Assembly: GCF_054482595.1 (NCBI RefSeq)
Contig: NZ_CM137008.1
DNA length: 64,000 nucleotides
Strand: one strand, 5' to 3'
The position numbers were made by a program, and so were the translations under genes. Below, one piece after another: positions 45,196-55,644 of this stretch; position 1 is the stretch's first letter, and each line of letters begins with the position of its first letter. Below the pieces are notes generated by a model, which saw only the letters and a list, made by a program, of their open reading frames with translations, had not been told where the DNA came from and searched no databases.

Positions 45196-46650
45196 TTAAC
45201 CTATGGTTTTTTGCTCTCCTGTTTTTTCTGCTGTTGTACGTTTCTTTAATAAGGCGTAGGCCGCAAAGGCGACGATGACGCCGACAAACCATGAAACACG
45301 CGATAACGGTTCCATTAAGGGAATAAACTTACCGCCAAGAGATAAAATAACGGCCACCAGAGTTACTGAAAACGCGGTGAGGTTAAAACCGTTATCGTAA
45401 TATTTATAATCGCCAGGTGCGGTGTACAGTTCATCAAGATTAATTTGCCCACGCATCACCACAAAATAATGCGCCATCATGACACCAATTACCGGCCCCA
45501 GCATTCCGCCGATAATATCGAGGAACAGATAAATACTGTCCTGATTTTCCATTAATTTCCACGGGCAGATCAGCAGACTGATAATACTGGCAATCAGTAC
45601 GCCGTTTTTATAGGTCAGTTTTGTCGGTGCAATGGCAGCAATCTGATAACCGGCCGGAATAATATTACCGGTGGCGTTAGTGGAGATAGTCGTCATCAGA
45701 ATAACCAGTACCGCAAAGAACGAGGCGAACAAGCTGTCCCAACGCTGAACAATATCCAGCACGTTCCAGGTGTCAGCGCCGTAATGAATACTGGCTCCGG
45801 CAATAATACATACCCCCGCGACCGCAAACAGAATATAGGCCACAACTAAACCCAGCGTTTGCCCCAGCGCTTGCTCACGAAACGAGTGGGCGTTTTGCGT
45901 AAAGTCGGATGCGCTCACCGCCGGTGCCGCCCAGACCGCAACTACCGCGTTAATCACCACCAGGAACAAGAATCCACTGTTTTCTGCTTTCTGAATACCG
46001 CTCGGAATGTAGTCAAAGATTGGACCGAGCCCGACCAGCGAAATCGCCCAAATCGCCATACCGCCGAAAACGATATAGATGCACGGGTTAAGAATGGCAG
46101 TGAATTTATTTAAAACTTTGCCACCGCCAAAACCTATACCAACGTTGACCAGCCAGAAGAGTAAGAAAGTAATTAAGCCCGGTAGAGAAAGGCCTAACAG
46201 AGTGAAATCACCACCGAGAGTCAAAAATCCCGGCCAGATTTTGCCAATCAGAATCAAGCAGGCCAGTGACCCTGCGTAACATTGCAGGCCAAACCACATA
46301 ATGGCAGCAATACCGCCTCTTAATAATCCGGGAAACAGTGCGCCACGTACGCCGTAAGAAGCACGCAGGATCATGGCAAACGGTACGCCGTATTTACTGC
46401 CCGCAGCACCGTTTAATACCATTACCGCGGCAATGAAAAAGGCGCTGAGGATAATTGCCAGCATAATACTAAAGGTAGACAAGCCGAGAATAAAAAAGCC
46501 GCCGACCATCACATAATTGGGAACGTTATGAACCGAACCCATCCATAAGGTAAAATAGTTAAATGTTTTCCAGGTCCGCTGGCTTTGCGTTTTCGGCAAT
46601 AGATCTTCGCTATAGCCGCGTTGCTGGAATAGTTTTCTCTGATGTTCCAT
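45196..46650 (-). CDS. ybbW: putative allantoin permease (NCS1 family)
   Basis: 484-aa, 12-TM ORF recognised as YbbW. Confidence 0.92.
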   Translation of the reverse strand: MEHQRKLFQQRGYSEDLLPKTQSQRTWKTFNYFTLWMGSVHNVPNYVMVGGFFILGLSTFSIMLAIILSAFFIAAVMVLNGAAGSKYGVPFAMILRASYGVRGALFPGLLRGGIAAIMWFGLQCYAGSLACLILIGKIWPGFLTLGGDFTLLGLSLPGLITFLLFWLVNVGIGFGGGKVLNKFTAILNPCIYIVFGGMAIWAISLVGLGPIFDYIPSGIQKAENSGFLFLVVINAVVAVWAAPAVSASDFTQNAHSFREQALGQTLGLVVAYILFAVAGVCIIAGASIHYGADTWNVLDIVQRWDSLFASFFAVLVILMTTISTNATGNIIPAGYQIAAIAPTKLTYKNGVLIASIISLLICPWKLMENQDSIYLFLDIIGGMLGPVIGVMMAHYFVVMRGQINLDELYTAPGDYKYYDNGFNLTAFSVTLVAVILSLGGKFIPLMEPLSRVSWFVGVIVAFAAYALLKKRTTAEKTGEQKTIG

Positions 46651-46818
46651 AAATCCCTCTTAATTTCACGTATCGAATAACGTTGTTTTAATCTAGCTAT
46701 GAGGAACAAATAAAATAAAAATATTATTTTTAATACTGAAGCAACATCTTTGGCTGCTTTCTTTTTTAATATTGCTGGCCGATTCATTTTCTGATATCGG
46801 CCATTTTTATTGCGGGTA

Positions 46819-47697
46819 TCAGGCCAGTTTATGATTCGCCATTAATTCCAGCGCCTGCACTAACGCAGAGTGATCCAACTGGCTGCCACCGTTTGCCGCA
46901 CAGGTATTAAATAACTCCTGGCAGGTCGCGGTGTTTGGCAGGTTCAGCGCCAGTGCCTTCGCACTTTGCAGTGCCAGGTTGAGATCTTTCTGGTGCAGCG
47001 CAATTTTGAAACCTGGATTAAAGGTGCGTTTAATCATACGCTCGCCATGAACTTCCAGAATACGTGAGGAAGCAAAGCCGCCCATCAGCGCCTGGCGCAC
47101 ACGTACCGGGTCCGCACCGGCTTTTGAAGCAAATAGCAGGGCTTCAGAAACCGCTTCAATATTGAGCGCCACGATAATCTGATTTGCCACTTTGCAGGTT
47201 TGACCGTCGCCGTTACCGCCCACGAGGGTGATATTTTTACCGAGCAATTCAAACAGCGGTTTAACACGTTCAAATACCGCTTCGTCGCCGCCAACCATAA
47301 TCGACAACGTCCCTTCACGCGCGCCGATTTCACCGCCGGAGACTGGCGCATCGAGATAATCACCACCCAGTTCATTCACCTGACGAGCGAAACGTTTAGT
47401 TTCAATCGGTGAAATGGAGCTCATATCAACAATGGTTTTGCCCTTCAGCGAGGCTTTGGTACAACCATTTTCACCAAACAGAACTTCTTCAACCTGAGGT
47501 GTGTCCGGCACCATAATAAAAATGATGTCCGCTGCTTCCGTTACCTGGCGCGCGGTGTCGACATTAACAGCACCGAGTGACAGTAATTCATCAGCAACCG
47601 GTCCAATGGTCGTGACATGCAGTTGATGACCGGCACGCGCCAGATTAATGGCCATCGGTGTACCCATAATGCCTAAGCCAATAAATCCCAGTTTCAT
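46819..47697 (-). CDS. glxR: tartronate semialdehyde reductase
   Basis: 292-aa ORF MKLGFIGLGIMGTPMA... (3-hydroxyisobutyrate dehydrogenase family). Confidence 0.96.
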   Translation of the reverse strand: MKLGFIGLGIMGTPMAINLARAGHQLHVTTIGPVADELLSLGAVNVDTARQVTEAADIIFIMVPDTPQVEEVLFGENGCTKASLKGKTIVDMSSISPIETKRFARQVNELGGDYLDAPVSGGEIGAREGTLSIMVGGDEAVFERVKPLFELLGKNITLVGGNGDGQTCKVANQIIVALNIEAVSEALLFASKAGADPVRVRQALMGGFASSRILEVHGERMIKRTFNPGFKIALHQKDLNLALQSAKALALNLPNTATCQELFNTCAANGGSQLDHSALVQALELMANHKLA

Positions 47698-47796
47698 AAT
47701 TAACCTCTTTTAAATTTTGCTTTTCCTGGATTCAGACAACACGATCCCCTGCCAACTTAGCGGCCTAAAAAAGCATTGCCTGAACAGCGTTACGTT

Positions 47797-48573
47797 TTAA
47801 CGGTACGGATCCATCCAGCGTAAACCGGCTTCCGTGGTGGTTTGGGGTTTATATTCACAACCAACCCAACCGTTGTAGTCAGAATTTTCGATTACCTTAA
47901 AGAGATAATCATAATTAATTTCTCCGGTCCCCGGTTCGCCGCGATGCGGATTATCGGCAATTTGCAGGTGACCAATTTTATCGGCCCACTGAGTCATGGT
48001 GTTGGTTAATTCACCTTCCATCCGCTGCATGTGATAAATGTCATACTGAATTTTCAAATTGCAGCAACCAACATCATCAATCAATTTCAGCGCCTGCCGA
48101 GTTCCGGTGAGATGGAAACCAGGAATATCAAAATGGTTAATAGGTTCAATCAGTAATAAAATATCTTCTTTCATCAGCATATTCGCGGCATAACGCAGGT
48201 TTTCTACAAGCGTTGCGTGAATCTGTTCACTGCTGAAACCAGTCGGCGTTTTACCGACCAGACAGTTAATTTTTTTATTACCCAGCGCACGAGCATAACG
48301 AATCGCTGCTGCTACGCCATCCCGAAACTCTTCTTCACGGCCAGGAATACAGGCAATACCCCGCTCGCCCGCCGCCCAGTCACCTGCCGGTAAATTGTGC
48401 AGCGTATGTTCGAGTTTATTACTCGCCAGTACCTGTTTTAATTCTTCAATGTCGTAGTCATAAGGAAACATAAATTCAACGCCGCGAAAACCACACTGCG
48501 CAGCTTTCTCAAAACGGGCGAGAAAATCATATTCACCAAATAACATCGATAAATTAGCAGAGAAACGTAACAT
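47797..48573 (-). CDS. hyi: hydroxypyruvate isomerase
   Basis: 258-aa TIM-barrel ORF MLRFSANLSMLFGEYDF... Confidence 0.95.
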   Translation of the reverse strand: MLRFSANLSMLFGEYDFLARFEKAAQCGFRGVEFMFPYDYDIEELKQVLASNKLEHTLHNLPAGDWAAGERGIACIPGREEEFRDGVAAAIRYARALGNKKINCLVGKTPTGFSSEQIHATLVENLRYAANMLMKEDILLLIEPINHFDIPGFHLTGTRQALKLIDDVGCCNLKIQYDIYHMQRMEGELTNTMTQWADKIGHLQIADNPHRGEPGTGEINYDYLFKVIENSDYNGWVGCEYKPQTTTEAGLRWMDPYR

Positions 48574-48585
48574 TATTTATCTCCC

Positions 48586-50367
48586 TTATTCATAGTGCAT
48601 GAAGCAGGTTTCAGTCGGTGCATCCGCTGCGTTATCGGCGATATCTTCAAATTCCATGACGTTATCCAGTTCGCTGCCCATCGAAATATTTGTCACACGC
48701 TCGAGAATAACTTCCACGACTACCGGTACCCGATATTGCGCCATTAAGGCTTTCGCCTGTTCAAAGGCCGGTGCAATATCTTCCGGTTTGAAGACGCGAA
48801 TAGCTTTACAACCTAAACCTTCCGCTACTTTTACGTGGTCGACGCCGTAACCGTTCACTTCGCTGGAGTTGATATTCTCGAAAGCGAGTTGCACGCAGTA
48901 GTCCATGTCAAAGGCGCGTTGTGACTGACGAATCAGACCGAGATAGGCGTTGTTAACCAGCACATGGATGTACGGAATGTTGAACTGCGCGCCAACGGCT
49001 AACTCTTCAATCAGGAACTGGAAGTCGAAGTCACCGGAAATCGCCACCACATTGCGTTTCGGATCAGCGGCACAAACCCCCAGCGCCGCCGGAATCGTCC
49101 AGCCTAACGGACCAGCCTGACCACAGTTGATCCAGTGGCGGTCTTTAAAGACATGCAGCATTTGTGCCGCAGCGATTTGTGACAGACCAATGGTGGTGAC
49201 ATAACAAACATCGCGACCAAAGGCTTTGTTCATCTCTTCATACACGCGCTGCGGTTTCACCGGCACGTTGTCGAAGTGGGTTTTGCGCAGCAAAGTGCGT
49301 TTGCGCTGCTGGCAGTCGGCGACCCATTCTTTACGACACGGCAGACGACCCGCTTTTTGCATCTCCTGCGCCACTTCAACCAGCAGTGTCAGCGCCGCTT
49401 TAGCATCAGAGACAATGCCGAGATCCGGACACAGCACGCGGCCAATTTGCGTCGGCTCAATATCGATATGAACGATTTTGCGCCCTTCGGTGTATTTCTC
49501 TACCGAACCGGTATGACGGTTAGCAAAACGGTTACCGATACCAAACACCATGTCGGACGCCAGCAGCGTTGCGTTACCGTAACGATGCGCGGTTTGCAGA
49601 CCGACCATCCCGGCCATCAGTTCATGATCGTCCGGGATACAGCCCCAGCCCATCAGCGTTGGGATCACCGGAACGCTGGTCAGTTCAGCAAACTGTTGTA
49701 ACAGTGCAGCTGCGTCAGCATTGATTACCCCGCCCCCGGCAACAATCACCGGACGTTCGGCCTGGATTAACATTTCTACAGCTTTTTCGATCTGCATACG
49801 GCTGGCAGCAGGTTTGTAGACCGGCAGCGGTTCGTACATGTCAGGATCAAACTCGATTTCCGCAACCTGAACGTCGAACGGTAAATCCACCAGTACCGGA
49901 CCCGGACGACCAGAACGCATCAGGTGAAATGCCTGTTGCAGCACGCGAGGCACCAGCGCCGCTTCACGAACTGTAACCGCCATTTTGCTGACCGGTTTAG
50001 CAATTGCTTCAATATCTACGGCCTGAAAATCTTCTTTATGCAGACGGGCGCGCGGAGCCTGGCCGGTAATGCACAGAATAGGAATGGAATCAGCAGAAGC
50101 AGAATAGAGCGCGGTGATCATGTCCGTGCCCGCAGGACCGGAAGTCCCCAGACATACGCCGATATTCCCTGCCGTTGCGCGGGTATAACCTTCCGCCATG
50201 TGCGAAGCACCTTCCACATGACGCGCCAGAATGTGACGAATACCGCCGTGCTTACGCATCGCTGAGTAGAACGGATTGATTGCAGCTCCCGGAACACCGA
50301 AGGCGGTGGTGATACCTTCTTTCTCCAGCACATACATTGCCGCGTCAACGGCTCTCATTTTTGCCAT
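48586..50367 (-). CDS. gcl: glyoxylate carboligase (ThDP enzyme)
   Basis: ATG 50367 ([18 protein letters not shown]...) gives 593 aa. The 30 extra N-terminal codons of the track ORF run through the promoter/operator and were rejected. Confidence 0.96.
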
Positions 50368-50387
50368 TTTATTCCTACCTCTATTTA

Positions 50388-50404
50388 TTGGAAAATTTTT
50401 CCAA
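50388..50404. promoter_or_regulatory. AllR operator in the gcl promoter
   Basis: 17-bp palindrome ttggaaaatttttccaa, 21-37 nt upstream of the gcl ATG. It is the same motif as at 51938-51954. Confidence 0.8.
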
Positions 50405-50419
50405 CTTTCAAATTTTGTC

Positions 50420-50444
50420 AAAAAAACCCGCTCCGCAGAGCGGG
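50420..50444 (-). terminator. rho-independent terminator after allR
   Basis: On the minus strand: cccgctc-tgcg-gagcggg followed by a run of 7 T, 12 nt after the allR stop. Confidence 0.8.
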
Positions 50445-50456
50445 ATGCGACAGACA

Positions 50457-51272
50457 TTATGGATGTGCTTTCAGTCCCAACGCCGTGCTGATATCGCGGG
50501 CGGTGTCTCTGACCAGCTCACCCTGACTGACAAAACGGTCTTCTGTCAGTCTTGATGAAGGCCCGGAGATGGAGATAGCGGCAACAACGCTACCTACATC
50601 ATCGTAAATTGCTGAAGCTATGCAATTCAGACCTACAACATGCTCTTCTTTATCTACGGTATAGCCCAGTTCACGCGCTTGTTCCAGGTCCTTCAGCAAG
50701 GTGGGCATATCCACAAACGTAGTTGGCGTAAACTGCTGCAAACCGGTTTGCAGAATGATGCTCATCAACTCCTCTTCCGCCAGCGGATAAAGCAGCGCTT
50801 TGCCCGCACCGGAAGCATGCAGTGGCAGACGACTGCCCAGTGGCGCACACATCCTGACCATCGATTTACACTCTAACTGACCAATTAATACCGCTTCATT
50901 GCCGTTACGGATCGCGACATTGACCGTTTCGCCGGAAAGTAACATCAGGCGGCGCATAAACGGCCCGGCGACGGAGAGGACATCGCGGTTATGGATGTAC
51001 GCTGCACCGACGTTAAAGACACCTAATCCTATATGCCACCAGCCTAACTGACTGTCCTGATAGACAAAATCCGCTGCCTGTAAAACCTTCAGCAAGCGAA
51101 AGGTCGTGGAGAGCGGCAAATCCAGATTGAGAGAAATATCGCTAACCGACGAACTTCCCCCACTTTTTTCCAGATATTGCAGAATCGCAATTCCCCGCTC
51201 TAATGCCTGTGCGCCCTTCTGTGCCACAGGCTCCGCCTGTCCTGGCCTGCCGCGCCGTCTAACTTCCGTCAT
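50457..51272 (-). CDS. allR: IclR-family repressor of the allantoin regulon
   Basis: 271-aa [30 protein letters not shown]..., recognised as AllR. Confidence 0.96.
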
Positions 51273-51349
51273 ACCTACGTTAACTCCGACCTACAAGTGA
51301 GCATAAACAATGAACAATTAGTTTATCTTATGCAAGTCGGTTGCAGGCG

Positions 51350-51832
51350 TCACGCAAAACAGAGTTCCTGTTCAGGAATACTTTCAACATCACAGTTGTC
51401 ACTGCCGCCGCGATCGATGGTCAGAAAATCGGTGACGCGCTGCCAGGCGAAAAGTGGGTGATGCCAGACGTTACGATGGTAATTCACTCCCTGTTCGCCG
51501 TTGGTAATAAACGCCCGCAGGGTTGACAGGTCTGGTTTGTCGTCACCTAACGCCACGACCACCACAAACACCTCACCTTTCATCGGGATAAAGGCCTGAG
51601 TACCCAGCGGATGACGTTCGAGTTCGTGAATGGTCAGCGGCAGATTCGCCGGTTGCGCGCGGTTAATGCTGATAAGCGTACGGTCTTGCTCAAGAATCTC
51701 AACCAGCGCCAAATCGTGGTAACGCTCCACCAGGCCATTGTTAATATGGAAAAAATCCCGTTGCTGCGTTTCGATTACGTCGCCATAAGCACTAAAGGCT
51801 TCCTGACTTAACGGTAATACCTGAAGTTTCAT
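51350..51832 (-). CDS. allA: ureidoglycolate lyase
   Basis: 160-aa [24 protein letters not shown]... Confidence 0.95.
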
Positions 51833-51937
51833 CTTTTTGTCCTTGTAACATAATTCCGTTCAACCAGCGCCGACCGGTCAGCTTGGTTTCAATAACAGGC
51901 AATCTAAAACCTTAAGAGAACAACATCAATACAAAAG

Positions 51938-51954
51938 TTGGAATATTTTTCCAA
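51938..51954. promoter_or_regulatory. AllR operator in the allS-allA divergent region
   Basis: ttggaatatttttccaa, identical at 16 of 17 positions to the gcl-proximal site. Confidence 0.8.
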
Positions 51955-52061
51955 AACTAGATTTAGTCCACAAATTGAACAGGGTTATCATGTAAAAATA
52001 CTGATAAATCAGAGGATAAGAAAATCACGCAACTTGCGGATTTAAAAGGGGATACCTGAAG

Positions 52062-52988
52062 ATGTTCGATCCAGAAACCTTGCGGACTTTCATTGCGGTT
52101 GCTGAAACAGGAAGTTTTTCAAAAGCGGCAGAACGATTATGTAAAACCACGGCGACGATCAGTTATCGCATTAAACTTCTGGAAGAGAATACCGGAGTAG
52201 CGCTGTTTTTCCGTACGACTCGCAGCGTGACGTTGACAGCGGCTGGCGAGCATCTACTTTCCCAGGCCAGAGACTGGCTGAGCTGGCTGGAAAGTATGCC
52301 AAGCGAGCTGCAACAGGTGAATGATGGCGTGGAACGCCAGGTGAATATTGTCATCAACAACCTGCTCTACACCCCCCAGGCCGTCGCCCAGTTGCTGGCG
52401 TGGCTGAATGAACGTTACCCCTTTACCCAGTTTCACATCTCCCGACAAATCTATATGGGCGTCTGGGACTCGCTATTGTACGAAGGTTTTGCGCTGGCTA
52501 TCGGCGTCACGGGAACTGAGGCGCTGGCAAATACCTTTAGTCTTGATCCCTTAGGATCGGTGCAATGGCGATTTGTCATGGCGGCGGATCATCCGCTGGC
52601 GAACGTTGAAGAGCCGCTAACAGAAGCGCAGTTGCGGCGCTTTCCGGCGGTCAATATTGAAGACAGCGCCCGCACCTTAACCAAACGCGTCGCCTGGCGA
52701 TTGCCAGGGCAAAAAGAGATTATTGTTCCCGATATGGAAACGAAAATCGCCGCCCATCTGGCGGGCGTTGGCATTGGTTTTTTGCCAAAATCACTTTGCC
52801 AGTCAATGATCGATAATCAACAACTGGTCAGCCGGGTAATCCCAACGATGCGCCCTCCTTCGCCATTGAGTCTGGCATGGCGCAAATTTGGCAGCGGCAA
52901 AGCGGTAGAAGATATTGTGACCTTGTTTACCCAGCGCAGGCCGGAAATCAGCGGATTTTTAGAAATTTTCGGCAACCCACGCAGTTAA
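52062..52988 (+). CDS. allS: LysR-family activator of allD
   Basis: 308-aa ORF with an N-terminal LTTR HTH ([33 protein letters not shown]). Confidence 0.95.
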   Translation: MFDPETLRTFIAVAETGSFSKAAERLCKTTATISYRIKLLEENTGVALFFRTTRSVTLTAAGEHLLSQARDWLSWLESMPSELQQVNDGVERQVNIVINNLLYTPQAVAQLLAWLNERYPFTQFHISRQIYMGVWDSLLYEGFALAIGVTGTEALANTFSLDPLGSVQWRFVMAADHPLANVEEPLTEAQLRRFPAVNIEDSARTLTKRVAWRLPGQKEIIVPDMETKIAAHLAGVGIGFLPKSLCQSMIDNQQLVSRVIPTMRPPSPLSLAWRKFGSGKAVEDIVTLFTQRRPEISGFLEIFGNPRS

Positions 52989-53041
52989 AAATCAAGTTTC
53001 CTTGCGCGTTGGCGCGTAAAATAGCGCGCAAGCTGATTTGA

Positions 53042-54151
<1,110 letters not shown>

Positions 54152-54266
54152 TGAGGGACGTATTTGTATTAGTCGCGACTTGATCTGACACATGGCCTTG
54201 AAAGGTTGAGAGTTACCGGTTTTGATATGAGTGTCGAATCCTTATCCAAAACAAGAGGTAACTCTC

Positions 54267-54690
54267 ATGCTTCATACTGCCAATCCCGTCATCAAACACA
54301 AAGCCGGTTTGCTCAATCTGGCTGAAGAACTCAGCAACGTATCAAAAGCCTGTAAAATCATGGGCGTTTCGCGTGATACGTTTTATCGTTACCGCGAACT
54401 GGTCGCTGAAGGCGGTGTGGATGCGCAGATTAATCGTAGTCGCCGCGCTCCTAACCTTAAGAACCGTACCGATGAGGCAACTGAACAGGCTGTTGTTGAT
54501 TACGCCGTCGCTTTCCCGACACATGGTCAGCACCGGGCCAGCAACGAGCTGCGTAAACAGGGGGTTTTTATCTCCGACAGTGGTGTCCGTTCTGTCTGGT
54601 TACTCCATAACCTTGAGAATCTCAAAAGACGATACTGAACAAATTTTATCAGGTGACGTTCCGTAAAAAGTTGTATGGAGTTCTCGATGC
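54267..54690 (+). mobile_element. decayed DDE (integrase-core) transposase gene remnant, IS481/IS3-superfamily-like, with an internal deletion
   Basis: ATG 54267 MLHTANPVIKHKAGLLNLAEELSNVSKACKIMGVSRDTFYRYRELV... is an HTH N-terminal domain ending at TGA 54636-54638. A different frame continues LNKFYQVTFRKKLYGV (54635 onward), which is typical of the extreme C-terminus of rve-domain transposases. The catalytic core is missing and I recognised no inverted repeats. Confidence 0.55.
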
Positions 54691-54786
54691 AGTCGGCGCG
54701 ACTATCAGTACCCCCGCTGAACCCTGGACTATCGGGCCGCCGTACTGGGGCATGTCACCCTGGCGTGCCGCTGGTTTTCCGCTAAT
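54691..54786 (-). pseudogene. orphan rhs 5-prime fragment (32 codons of the PAAR-like N-terminus) with ATT in place of ATG
   Basis: The minus strand reads [34 protein letters not shown]. The intact rhs at 59827 reads [32 protein letters not shown]. It is preceded by an SD-like agagga. Similarity ends where the transposase remnant begins. Confidence 0.8.
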
Positions 54787-55152
54787 GGTTTATTTCCTCT
54801 TTCTTTCCCGGCAAGAATTTATTTTAATCCGGAAGGATTATTTATTTTCAGATAGGGACTCACATTAAACACGTAACATTTTAATTAATGCATGGCTGAA
54901 TATGTATTACACAATGTCAGATATCGTAAAAGACCAGTGCAATTCTATGTAAACTCTCTGACTGTTCATTTTATTTGTTGCTTCAGGGTCGGAACTCACC
55001 CTCAATAAACAACTGAATACGAGTAGATATTCATCGTCTGAGCTATATGGCTTTACACAATAGCCGACATGTCTTTTCTCAGTCAGGATTTTTACTTTTC
55101 CTCACTACGAAGTTGACGACTTCGATATGGGATAGACTCTTAATTCAAGCAA

Positions 55153-55644
55153 TTACTCTGCACAAGCATCAGGCAATCCAGCTCCAATATTTGTTATAAA
55201 ATAATGCGTAACATTAATTTCACCAACAAAAAAAAGATTTACGCTATCCCCTTGCCCTGGTATTTTACCATATTTACACCACACTTTTTTTGTATCTGGA
55301 TCATTCTTTGATACGATTTTCGCCACTTGTTCCCTGGCCCTCACCGTCAATGTTTTCTTAAACCTCCCCCCATCATCGATTGTTAGGGAAAAATAAGAAA
55401 AAAAATAATCATCTTCTACATTTGTGGATATTGATATATCCACCGCTACGTGCGGAAAAAAATCTGGGAGCCATGTAAAAACTCCATCATTTTCTGGTAT
55501 TGCCATATAGTTTATGTAATGCTTACTTACAAGAGATTCATCTTTGTGTAAATAAAGATAAGTAGTCACGCATAAAAAAACAACGATTATAATAGCAAAA
55601 ATAAATATTACCATCTTTGAGATGTTACTTGAGATAGCCACCAT
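55153..55644 (-). CDS. putative Rhs-toxin immunity protein, N-terminally membrane-anchored
   Basis: 163-aa ORF overlapping the rhs 3-prime end by 20 nt (alternative ATG at 55614). It has a hydrophobic N-terminus [22 protein letters not shown] and shares the AT-rich composition of the rhs tip. I recognise no family. Confidence 0.7.
   Translation of the reverse strand: MVAISSNISKMVIFIFAIIIVVFLCVTTYLYLHKDESLVSKHYINYMAIPENDGVFTWLPDFFPHVAVDISISTNVEDDYFFSYFSLTIDDGGRFKKTLTVRAREQVAKIVSKNDPDTKKVWCKYGKIPGQGDSVNLFFVGEINVTHYFITNIGAGLPDACAE

Noticed and set aside
46777-46802. Hairpin ggccgat…atcggcc just downstream of glxR
   Set aside because: The T-tract lies on the plus strand, where no gene ends, and on the glxR (minus) strand it lacks a U-run. 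This gave too little support to call it a terminator.
50368-50457. N-terminal extensions offered by the ORF track for gcl (623 aa), and similarly for sfmF (236 aa), ylbF (312 aa), purE, fimZ, nfsB, tesA and others
   Set aside because: The extensions run through upstream genes, operators or terminators. Internal ATG or GTG starts give the lengths and N-termini I recognise for the E. coli proteins and usually have better SD spacing.
54653-54868. 71-aa plus-strand ORF (MTFRKKLYGVLDAVGATISTPAEPWTIGPPYW…)
   Set aside because: It is chimeric. The first residues are the tail of the decayed transposase. The remainder is the antisense reading of the orphan rhs 5-prime fragment and its upstream region.
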